IMG/VR virus record: IMGVR_UViG_3300043446_003702
Span: 64,001-128,000 of that record
From: a virus
Strand: one strand, 5' to 3'
DNA length: 64,000 bases
In this document: piece after piece, positions 55,916-64,000 of the stretch
Position numbering within the stretch: the first letter of the stretch is position 1
How the letters are laid out: every line of letters starts with the position of its first letter
Position numbers and translations under genes: made by a program
Notes under the pieces: model-generated
Database searches by the model: none
What the model saw: the letters and a program-made list of their open reading frames with translations, nothing else
What the model was told of the DNA's origin: nothing

Positions 55916-56776
55916 ATGAGCAGATGGAACAATTTTTATAAAAACATTCGAGACCCCAGCTGGCCAGATTGTGCTAACGAACATGAGTTTACGACCCTAC
56001 CTAAACATATACAGCATGAAATTCTAAATAATTTTGGTGGCAGAGAATATGTTTACCTAACAACACAAGATCTATATCATTTGCCACTGAAATTGCCTGC
56101 TGATGATCTAGCCAGCAATGTTGATTATGATTTGGAATTTTTAGTGGCCAACGATTTTGTTGTATATTACAATCACTCTATAGAAGGCGGTGGAATTGAT
56201 ATAGGGCAAAATTTTCCTAGAATTATTCGTTGCCTGTACCCTGACAGAATTTTTGAACACGGTATGGAATGGGCAGCCGGGCACGGTGCCATTGGTTTTA
56301 GATTGTTGGCAGATGGTATTTGTAAAACCATGAACCTAGTAGAAAGCAACCAGTATGCAATAGATGCATGCAAAAAAACCATCAGCAACATGCCAGCAAG
56401 ATTTCAAGGCACAGTTTCAGTATCTCACACAGACACACTGAAAACACTAGACAACAAATTACAATTTGATTTAATTGTAGCCAATCCACCAACGTTTAAA
56501 ACTCATCTATATAATATCACCAATTTTGAACATGGCTCTATGCATGATTGGCATAGAATAAGTGTTGACAAAGACTGGCAAGCACATCAAGATTTTTTTT
56601 CTAATGTAAAAAAACACCTGTCGGCCAATGGTGTAATCTTGTTACAAGAACAAAAATTTGGATCCAGTGTGTTTGAGTTTGAAAAATTTATTGTTGACAG
56701 CGGATTAAAAGTTGTGTCAGCTTTTTTTGAAAAATTCAATCAGTACACTTGGTATTTGGAATTAACTCACAAATAA
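55916..56776 (+). CDS. SAM-dependent methyltransferase (NPP-motif, N-methyltransferase type)
   Basis: EWAAGHGAIG (motif I) and FDLIVANPPTF; start moved to ATG 55916, after the terminator and 5 nt after GCTAAGTA. Confidence 0.8.
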   Translation: MSRWNNFYKNIRDPSWPDCANEHEFTTLPKHIQHEILNNFGGREYVYLTTQDLYHLPLKLPADDLASNVDYDLEFLVANDFVVYYNHSIEGGGIDIGQNFPRIIRCLYPDRIFEHGMEWAAGHGAIGFRLLADGICKTMNLVESNQYAIDACKKTISNMPARFQGTVSVSHTDTLKTLDNKLQFDLIVANPPTFKTHLYNITNFEHGSMHDWHRISVDKDWQAHQDFFSNVKKHLSANGVILLQEQKFGSSVFEFEKFIVDSGLKVVSAFFEKFNQYTWYLELTHK

Positions 56777-56777
56777 C

Positions 56778-57950
56778 CTAAACTTTGAACCAGCTGAGAT
56801 ACTGTTCTATTTTCTTTGTGACAGACGCCCAGTCACCCATCGACGGTTGTCGGAATATTCTCACAGTGGGATACCATGGACTTGAATCACGGTCCAACAA
56901 CCAACGCCAATCAGTGGCAAACCACTGCAACATCAACCAAGTGGGTCTGCCCATGGCACCAGCCAGATGTGTGATGGCAGTGTCCACTGAGATCACCACA
57001 TCCAAGCAATTGATCAAGGCTGCTGTGTCTGCAAAACTTTGAATGGTGCCAGGATAGCGTGTTACTCCTGCTGCTGCCAGTGCTTCATCTTCCTCGCCCG
57101 CAACGTCTACTTGCAGGTTGATCCACTCATATTGTGGGTTGCGTCGTATGAGATCCAGCATGATCTCAAAAGGCACACCTTTGTGACGATTCAACCAGGC
57201 ATCTCTGCGACCGGACCATGAAAAGCCAACTCGCATGCGTGTTTTTGGACCCAGTCGCTTAAGCCAAGCAGAGGATTTGTCATGATCGGGTGATATGTAC
57301 TGCACTGTTTTAGGCAAGTTATCTAGGGTCACACCCAACACACCGGGTAAACTCATGATGGGAATCCAGTAGTCAAATTCAGGAGGTTCATCGGTGTAGG
57401 TGCCTATCCATGATATGACCTGGCTGGTGGCCAGCATGGGAATCAAACCCAGGGTGGTTTGGAACAGTACTCGTGCGCCTGCAGCATGAAGATTGCCCAA
57501 AAATCTGCAGAACTGTATGTTGTCACCATGACCCTGTTCACCTACCACCAGTATGGTTTTGCCTTTGAGATCCTCACCACTCCAGCGTGGTTGGCGGTGC
57601 TGAGGTTCTGTACCGGCTAGATGTTCATACTGCCAACGTGCTTCGTATGCTGGCCAACCACGAACATAGTCACCCATGATTAGATGGCTTACGGCCAGAT
57701 TAAATCGAGCAGTGGCATTGTTGGGATCCAGTATGATGGCATGTTCCAAAAATGGTATACCACGTCGGGGTTGCCCACACTCACGTAACACATTGCCATA
57801 ATTATTGAAAGCAGCAGCTGAGTCTGGGTCGTGGCACATGGCCAGCATGTAGCATTTGAGTGCTTGATCTGGACGATTTTCTCCGCGCAGTCGATTGCCT
57901 TCCTCAATGAGTCGAGCAGGATCTGTGATTATTTCGTTTGTGGATTCCAT
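56778..57950 (-). CDS. TPR-repeat glycosyltransferase (GT-B, GT9-like C-terminus)
   Basis: TPRs (AAAFNNYGNVL, ARFNLA); GW..YEARW, EQGHGDNIQF.R, FADTAALI..LD.VISVDTA..HLAGAMG.P, DWRW...SPWYP; start probably 57950 behind TGTAAATA (57963-57956). Confidence 0.85.
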   Translation of the reverse strand: MESTNEIITDPARLIEEGNRLRGENRPDQALKCYMLAMCHDPDSAAAFNNYGNVLRECGQPRRGIPFLEHAIILDPNNATARFNLAVSHLIMGDYVRGWPAYEARWQYEHLAGTEPQHRQPRWSGEDLKGKTILVVGEQGHGDNIQFCRFLGNLHAAGARVLFQTTLGLIPMLATSQVISWIGTYTDEPPEFDYWIPIMSLPGVLGVTLDNLPKTVQYISPDHDKSSAWLKRLGPKTRMRVGFSWSGRRDAWLNRHKGVPFEIMLDLIRRNPQYEWINLQVDVAGEEDEALAAAGVTRYPGTIQSFADTAALINCLDVVISVDTAITHLAGAMGRPTWLMLQWFATDWRWLLDRDSSPWYPTVRIFRQPSMGDWASVTKKIEQYLSWFKV

Positions 57951-57997
57951 GGACATATTTACAGTATACACTCAGTAGTTAAAGATTTCAACCTCTT

Positions 57998-58093
57998 CAT
58001 AAATATTTGTGACGCAATTCGGCGTCTTATGCAGTGCTAACCCTCTGCGTAGCGGCTAGAACCCGCATTGGGCTTCTTTAAGGAGAAATCAAA
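57998..58093 (+). promoter_or_regulatory. Late promoter plus structured 5-prime leader
   Basis: CATAAATA, then three adjacent hairpins, then TAAGGAG RBS. Confidence 0.6.
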
Positions 58094-58924
58094 ATGGGAA
58101 GAGCTCTCAAAATTGCAAAATACGGCACCGCTCAAGGTGTAACATATCCAACGTCAACTTCAGTTAACCAACCTGCAGCCGCAGTCAATGTTGATGTTGG
58201 TTATCCCAACTTTGGATCTTTAACTGATCCAGTATACAACGCACCTGTACAAACTCTTGATGCTGCACAATATCTTGGTGTTGTTGGTGGCAGTCCTGCC
58301 AGCAGTGTTGCAACTGCTACCAATCCGCAGATTGCCGCAGTAGTGAACATTGCATTGCAAGACGGTACCAGCACCACTGCTGGCGCCGGTCGCATCATCC
58401 GTCAAAAAGGTGCACACAAATTCTTGGTGGCTTACACAGCCAGCACCACAGCTGACGGTAGTTTTATTGTGGGACAAGCATATCAAATTGCTGTAGTGGG
58501 CACCACTGACTGGGCTGCTGCTGGCGCCAAAGGGAGTCCAGTGGCCGCTGGTGACATTTTTACTGCAACCAGCGTGGGCGGAGCAGGCACAGGTGAAGCA
58601 TACCCAGTGGACATCTGTGTGTTGAGCAACACTGCAACACCAGCTGCTGGTTACATGAGTATTGCTTACAGCACTGGTGACAGTTCAGCTGTTTACGCCA
58701 GCTACATCACCAACAAGTGGGTGCGTGACTGGAATGGCATGACCTATGGTAACTATGCTGATACCAACTATGGTACTAACACTCAAAGCAGTGAAAACTA
58801 CTATGCTGCCAACTTCTTCACAGACGAAGGCACAGTTACATGGAGTGGTGCAGAAATTGTCAACAGTGCTTATGCACAAAACGGCACAGTGCAATTGGCT
58901 CAAATTGCCAGCGTTACTTCTTAA
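58094..58924 (+). CDS. Virion structural protein (possibly head-associated)
   Basis: MGRALKI start, IIRQKG.HKFLV motif, Ala/Thr/Gly-rich, strong RBS and late promoter. Confidence 0.6.
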   Translation: MGRALKIAKYGTAQGVTYPTSTSVNQPAAAVNVDVGYPNFGSLTDPVYNAPVQTLDAAQYLGVVGGSPASSVATATNPQIAAVVNIALQDGTSTTAGAGRIIRQKGAHKFLVAYTASTTADGSFIVGQAYQIAVVGTTDWAAAGAKGSPVAAGDIFTATSVGGAGTGEAYPVDICVLSNTATPAAGYMSIAYSTGDSSAVYASYITNKWVRDWNGMTYGNYADTNYGTNTQSSENYYAANFFTDEGTVTWSGAEIVNSAYAQNGTVQLAQIASVTS

Positions 58925-58941
58925 TTTGTAAAGTGTTAGAG

Positions 58942-58966
58942 TCCTCCCAGCTACATACTGGGAGGA
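58942..58966 (+). promoter_or_regulatory. RBS-sequestering hairpin
   Basis: TCCTCCCAG-CTACATA-CTGGGAGGA; the 3-prime arm contains the GGAGGA RBS of gene 58973. Confidence 0.65.
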
Positions 58967-58972
58967 TTTCTT

Positions 58973-59560
58973 ATGAGTGCAGCATTTGTTTTGGGCAACG
59001 GCGTTAGCCGTTTGAGTGTTGATTTATCTGTGTTGAAACAGCGTGGGCGTGTGTACGGGTGCAACGCCTTGTACCGAGAATTTGCGCCAGATGTGTTGGT
59101 CAGTACCGACAAGGGCATAGCACATGCCATACAACACACTGGATATGCACAACAGCATGTAATGTACACACGCAAACCTTTACCAGGGCTGGGTGCAAGA
59201 TCAGTGCCGCAAAACTACTACGGATTCAGTTCAGGACCCATAGCAGTGGGCTTGGCAGCCCTGGATCAACATCTAGCAGTGTATCTCATAGGATTTGACA
59301 TGGGGCCCACTGCTACCAATCGTTTCAACAATGTGTATGCTGACACAGAATTTTATAAAAAAAGCTCGTCCAATCCCACGTTTACTGGCAACTGGGTGCG
59401 GCAACTAGTCACAATAGCCCGGGATTTCCCTACAACCAGTTTTCATCGAGTTGTTGGTGAATCAACAGCACAAATACAAGAGTTGCAGGGTATAAAAAAC
59501 ATGCAGCACATGGCCATGGCTGACTTCTTAGACCGTATAAATAACGTAAAGGATTTCTAA
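58973..59560 (+). CDS. Maf/DUF115-like nucleotide-sugar transferase-like protein
   Basis: AFVLGNGVSR, YGCNALYREF.PDVLV..D, SSGP.A, VYLIGFD. Confidence 0.6.
   Translation: MSAAFVLGNGVSRLSVDLSVLKQRGRVYGCNALYREFAPDVLVSTDKGIAHAIQHTGYAQQHVMYTRKPLPGLGARSVPQNYYGFSSGPIAVGLAALDQHLAVYLIGFDMGPTATNRFNNVYADTEFYKKSSSNPTFTGNWVRQLVTIARDFPTTSFHRVVGESTAQIQELQGIKNMQHMAMADFLDRINNVKDF
59536..59543 (+). promoter_or_regulatory. T4-type late promoter TATAAATA
   Basis: Exact consensus upstream of an AAGGA RBS and ATG 59561. Confidence 0.7.
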
Positions 59561-61033
59561 ATGAGTTCAGTCAAGCGTGTCAGTGGTGATTACACAATTG
59601 AAAGCGTCAATGCCACAGACGTTGTCAACATAAATTCGCCCTTTGTCAATATCAACGGCAATCTCACTGTGAGTGGCAATGCTGTGCTGGTGGGCAACAT
59701 CAATGCTGACAAGATTTTCAATGGCACAACCAGCGTGGAAATCCCTGTAGCCAGCGGCAATGCCAATGTCACTGTGGGCGGTACATCCAATGTGGCAGTG
59801 TTTGCCACAACAGGTGTTTTTATAACTGGATTGGCCAGTGTCACTGGTAACGTACAAGGCGGCAACTTGCGCACTGCAGGGCTGATCTCTGCAACCGGCG
59901 CAGTAACTGGCAGCAATCTCAGTGCCACTGGCAACATCATTGTCACACGAACCAGCAGCGCAACCAGTAATCCAATAATTCGATTCAATGACGCCAACAC
60001 TGCTGTGACCACACTGGGTGCCAATATAGGTGGTGTTGAGTGGTTTACAAACGACAGTACCGGCGCAGGAGCCAGAGTAACAGCAAGAATTCGAGCAGTG
60101 TACGAAGATACCAACGGTAATGCCAACATAGAGATTCAAACCGGCAGCACTGCCACACCCACTACAAGAATCACAGTGATTGGCAGTTCGGGCAACGTTG
60201 GCATTGCAAACTCAGCACCACTAGACACATTGGCTGTCACAGGTACCACATACATCAGTGGCAATGTGACCAGCGCAGCCAACATATCGGGTGCAAACTT
60301 GATCACAGGTGGCTTGGCCACTGTGACCGGCAACATTACCGGAGGCAATGTTCTCACTGCTGGTGTCATGAGCAGCACAGGCGATATCACTGGGGGCAAC
60401 ATCATTAGCCTAGGGGCTGTCAGCGCAGGTTCAGCAGGCATTACAGCCACAGGCAACGTGAGAGGCGGCAACGTCAACAGTGACAACTTGATTTCAGCAA
60501 CCGGGAATGTCACTGGTGCCAACGTCATTGCTGTGCAGAATATCAGCACCACAGGCAATGTGATCACTGCCAATATAAATGTCACTGGCAACAGCTACGG
60601 CAACGGTATTGGTGTAGAAAACATTGTATGGCAACCCACCACAGTGGCATTCAACAGCTCAGTACAAGCCAATGTGGGTGTGTTGGGATTCTTGGCTCTG
60701 GCAGGTTATAGTTACAAATACGAAGCATATTTGCCTATATTGCCCGATGGTGGTACAACCACTGGATTCAGCACATACTTTGATGCAGGTACCTGTTACT
60801 ACACTGTAGAAGCACAAACCACACAAACAGCCGCATTTTCCACCAGTACCAGCAATGTGTCAGGTACAGCAGCGGCTACCCAGGTCATGACTGGAACCAC
60901 GCCCAGAACCGTGAGAATTCAAGGCACAATCTACAGTGCAGGTAACGCCAACTTGGCCATACAAGCACAGACCAGCGCAGCCAATATCAATATTCAATCA
61001 GGCGCCTATCTAACCTACACCAGAATCAGCTAA
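59561..61033 (+). CDS. Fibre-like virion protein
   Basis: Repeated (S/T)ATGN(I/V)TGGN units and a GNVGI motif. Confidence 0.65.
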   Translation: MSSVKRVSGDYTIESVNATDVVNINSPFVNINGNLTVSGNAVLVGNINADKIFNGTTSVEIPVASGNANVTVGGTSNVAVFATTGVFITGLASVTGNVQGGNLRTAGLISATGAVTGSNLSATGNIIVTRTSSATSNPIIRFNDANTAVTTLGANIGGVEWFTNDSTGAGARVTARIRAVYEDTNGNANIEIQTGSTATPTTRITVIGSSGNVGIANSAPLDTLAVTGTTYISGNVTSAANISGANLITGGLATVTGNITGGNVLTAGVMSSTGDITGGNIISLGAVSAGSAGITATGNVRGGNVNSDNLISATGNVTGANVIAVQNISTTGNVITANINVTGNSYGNGIGVENIVWQPTTVAFNSSVQANVGVLGFLALAGYSYKYEAYLPILPDGGTTTGFSTYFDAGTCYYTVEAQTTQTAAFSTSTSNVSGTAAATQVMTGTTPRTVRIQGTIYSAGNANLAIQAQTSAANINIQSGAYLTYTRIS

Positions 61034-61045
61034 AACTGCAAACAA

Positions 61046-61072
61046 GTCCTTTTGGTAAATACACCAGAGGAC
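61046..61072 (+). promoter_or_regulatory. Hairpin carrying a late promoter and the RBS
   Basis: GTCCTTTTGGT-AAATAC-ACCAGAGGAC; GGTAAATA at 61054-61061, GAGGA in the 3-prime arm. Confidence 0.6.
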
Positions 61073-61083
61073 ATTGTAGATCT

Positions 61084-64000
61084 ATGGCACAACAGATTAT
61101 TGACATTGGTGCAGCAGCAAATGACGGCACTGGTGAACCGTTACGCGATGCATTTAACGCTGTAAATGAAAATTTCACTGAGATTTATACCGCTGGCCCT
61201 GTTGGCAGCAATGTTGTCATCTCTGGAAACACCATCACAGTAACTGGTACCAACAACAACCTGGTACTGCGAGCCAATGGAATTGGCAATATCCAAGCAA
61301 ATAGTTCAATCATGCCCAGTATTGATGCTGTGTATGATATTGGCGCCCCAACTCAACGAGTTGACACAGTCTATGCTGCCTATTTTGTAGGCAATGGTTC
61401 GGGCATTACCGGCATTACAACTGCTGGTACCAGCATTGATTGGGGAACTAGCAATGTTAAAATTGTAAGTTCAGGTGGCAATGTCACAGTAAGTGTGGGC
61501 GGCACCAGCAATGTTGCTGTGTTTGGTGCAACTTCTTCAAATATACGAGCCAATTTGGCTGTGGGCAATCTTTCAACTGCGGGACAAATTTCCGCTACCA
61601 GTAATATCACAGGTGGCAACATCACAACTGTGGGCTCGATCAGTGCCACAGGCAATGTTACAGGCAACTATATTTTTGGTAATGGTGCGCTGCTAACTGG
61701 TATCATTACCACAGTGGCCAATATCAACAACGGCAACAGCAATGTAAGTATTTTAAATGCTGGCAGCAATGTCATAGTCAGCGTAAATGGCGTGTCAAAC
61801 ACAGTGGTGTTTGGACCAAGTGCCACAACATTCTCAGGCAACATTGTTCCTGCAGCCAATAATGTATCCACACTGGGTACCAGTACACAACGATTTAAAA
61901 ATATCTACCTGAGCGGCAACACAATCACGCTTGGTGAGTCAACACTCACTGCTAATGCCGATGCCATAGTGTTGACCAATCCTGTTGGTGGTAGTTTTGT
62001 GGTACAAGGCACCAGTCAAAGTGACAGCACTGCCATTACCAATGGCACCAGTAGAATGGCCATTCCTGTAGCCAATGCCAATGTGCAGATCAATGTAGGT
62101 GGAATTGCCAATGTGTTTGTGGTATCTAGCACTGGCATTCAAAGTGCTGGTAATATTCGGGCCAATAGTCAAATCAGTGCCGTTGGTAATATCATAACTG
62201 ATGGATTCTTTGTGGGAACATTTGTTGGCAATGTCACTGGTAATATCAGTGTGCCAGGTGTCAACACACAAATACTTTACAATAACTTTGGCAATGCTGG
62301 TGCCAGTGCTGGATTTCGATTCAACAGTGTTGGTAATGTTCTCACACTCACTGGCAATGCTCAAGTTGGCAATGTCATAGCTACAGGCAATGTTTCTGGT
62401 GGATACATCTTAGGCAATGGCGCATTACTCACCGGTATAGCTTCCAGTTACAGCAATGCCAATGTGGCAGTGTATTTGGCCAGCGGCACCAACACATCAA
62501 ACATCATCACTACAGGCAACATTGCAGGCGGTAATTTATCTTTAACAGGTGCATTTGGTGCTGGTTCATTGAGCTCGTCAGGTAATGTCACTGGTGGGAA
62601 TTTGCGCACTCTAGGTATTGTAAGTTCAGCAGGCAATATTGTCACTGATGGTTACTTTGTTGGTACTTTTGCAGGCAACATCACAGGTAATTTAACTGTA
62701 CCGGGGTCAAACACACAGATCATTTATAACAATGCTGGCAATGCTGGTGCCAGTGCTGGATTGAGATTTGACACAGCAGGTCCCAACTTGCTCACAGTCA
62801 ATGGCAATATACAAACCATTGGCTTGTTGGCATCTGGCAATGTCTCAGCAGCCGGCAACATATTAGCAAACAATGTGGTCATAACTGGCCTGGTTAGTGC
62901 AGCAGGCAGCATATCAGCCACAGGCAATGTCACCGGTGACAACATCAATACTGCTGGTCAAGTTGTGGCTACTGATACCATCGCTGGTGGTAATCTACTC
63001 ACAGGTGGATTGATTTCGTCCACAGGTTCTATAACATCGGCAGCCAACATTACAGGTGCCAATGTCATTACTGCTGGGTCAGTCAGCGCCGGTGGTGATG
63101 TTAGTTTGGTAGGCAATGTGGATGGTGGAAATATTCGCGCAGTTGGTGTGGTCTCTGCAACTGGCAATGTCACCGGCAACAACATCAATGCTGTGGGATT
63201 GAGTCTCAGTGGCAATGTAATATCAGCATTGAACAGCACAGCCGCTGTCAATACCACGGCCAACATCACAGGTGGTAATGTAAATGCAACAATCAATGTC
63301 AACGCCACAGGGGATATCAGCGCCACAGGCAATGTCACTGGTGCAAATCTCATTGGTACTTTAGCAACGGCTACACAACCAAATATCACTTCAGTTGGTA
63401 CGTTAAGCAGCCTTTCAGTAACAGCCAATGTTAATGGCGGGAACTTACGCACTACTGGTTCAATTAGTGCCACAGGCAATATCACTGGTGGCACTATCAA
63501 TACCACATTAGTCAGCGCCACTGGCAATGTATTGGCCAGTGTATTGAGCGCATCAGGAAATGTCACTGGTGGTAATTTAAATACAGCAGGTGCAGTAGTT
63601 GCAACTGGTAACGTAAACACTCTGGCCAATGTCAACGGTGTCAACTTGGCCGCATCTGGATTGATCACAGCAGTAGGCAACATCTCTGGTGGCAACTTGA
63701 TCACTGCCGGTGCAATAAGTGCTGCCAGTGTGAGTTCTTCGGGCAATATCACCGGCGGAAACATACTTGGCGGGGCAAATGTCAATGCAACCACACACAC
63801 CGGTACCACAGTTTCAGTGACTGGCAATATCACTGGTGGTAATCTAAATGCTGCAGGATTGAGTTTGAGCAGCAACGTGGTTTCTGCTGTAAACGTTTCT
63901 GGCAATATTGCGGGCAGCAATGTCACTACTCCGGGACTGATATCTGCAACTGGTAATATCACTGGCGGCAACATCATTTCTGTAGCAGCTATCAGTGCAG
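61084..64000 (+). CDS. Long fibre protein, partial (runs off the window)
   Basis: Absent from the track; MAQQIIDIGAAANDGTGEPLRDAFNAVNENFTEIY (gp9/gp10-type N-terminal attachment motif), then >900 codons of GN(I/V)TGGN repeats still in frame at the window end. Confidence 0.8.
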   Translation, partial: MAQQIIDIGAAANDGTGEPLRDAFNAVNENFTEIYTAGPVGSNVVISGNTITVTGTNNNLVLRANGIGNIQANSSIMPSIDAVYDIGAPTQRVDTVYAAYFVGNGSGITGITTAGTSIDWGTSNVKIVSSGGNVTVSVGGTSNVAVFGATSSNIRANLAVGNLSTAGQISATSNITGGNITTVGSISATGNVTGNYIFGNGALLTGIITTVANINNGNSNVSILNAGSNVIVSVNGVSNTVVFGPSATTFSGNIVPAANNVSTLGTSTQRFKNIYLSGNTITLGESTLTANADAIVLTNPVGGSFVVQGTSQSDSTAITNGTSRMAIPVANANVQINVGGIANVFVVSSTGIQSAGNIRANSQISAVGNIITDGFFVGTFVGNVTGNISVPGVNTQILYNNFGNAGASAGFRFNSVGNVLTLTGNAQVGNVIATGNVSGGYILGNGALLTGIASSYSNANVAVYLASGTNTSNIITTGNIAGGNLSLTGAFGAGSLSSSGNVTGGNLRTLGIVSSAGNIVTDGYFVGTFAGNITGNLTVPGSNTQIIYNNAGNAGASAGLRFDTAGPNLLTVNGNIQTIGLLASGNVSAAGNILANNVVITGLVSAAGSISATGNVTGDNINTAGQVVATDTIAGGNLLTGGLISSTGSITSAANITGANVITAGSVSAGGDVSLVGNVDGGNIRAVGVVSATGNVTGNNINAVGLSLSGNVISALNSTAAVNTTANITGGNVNATINVNATGDISATGNVTGANLIGTLATATQPNITSVGTLSSLSVTANVNGGNLRTTGSISATGNITGGTINTTLVSATGNVLASVLSASGNVTGGNLNTAGAVVATGNVNTLANVNGVNLAASGLITAVGNISGGNLITAGAISAASVSSSGNITGGNILGGANVNATTHTGTTVSVTGNITGGNLNAAGLSLSSNVVSAVNVSGNIAGSNVTTPGLISATGNITGGNIISVAAISA

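Noticed and set aside
59567-63977. Long antisense ORFs over the fibre genes (for example 62958..63977, 339 aa); similar ones over 4578..5114 and the head genes
   Set aside because: Shadow frames caused by biased codon and amino-acid usage on the coding strand; no RBS or recognisable motifs.
1-64000. Stop-codon reassignment, tRNA genes, inteins, introns, DGR or integrase
   Set aside because: Core genes are full length in the standard code. I saw no tRNA cloverleaf, intein, reverse transcriptase or recombinase motifs, though inspection by eye could miss a tRNA.

Overview
This is a 64-kb segment of a large T4-like (myovirus-type) dsDNA bacteriophage genome using the standard genetic code. The minus-strand left half (1-33035) holds a glycosyltransferase-like operon, fibre genes and a baseplate module, including a 5167-aa giant protein and gp6-, gp25-, gp5- and gp53-like genes. 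The plus-strand centre (33146-44662) runs gp55 late sigma factor, gp47/gp46 (Mre11/Rad50-like), an accessory cassette (two B12-binding radical SAM enzymes, two PLP-dependent enzymes, small partner proteins) and a minimal GIY-YIG nuclease. The nuclease is followed directly by a ~360-nt, strand-specific, multi-stem pseudoknotted non-coding region that I cannot assign to a known RNA class. A convergent minus-strand block (45100-47439) encodes a gp26-like protein with a probable -1 frameshift extension, then DUF1415-like, ATE/Bpt-like aminoacyl-transferase and DUF6614-like proteins. The right part has tape measure, portal, protease, scaffold and major capsid genes, a methyltransferase, a TPR-glycosyltransferase and repeat-rich fibre genes. 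T4-type late promoters (nnTAAATA) recur, often 5-7 nt from the ATG, which suggests leaderless mRNAs. The best candidates for an undescribed system are the GIY-YIG/ncRNA pair, the radical SAM/PLP cassette and the ATE-like module. All family assignments come from motif recognition by eye; no searches were run.
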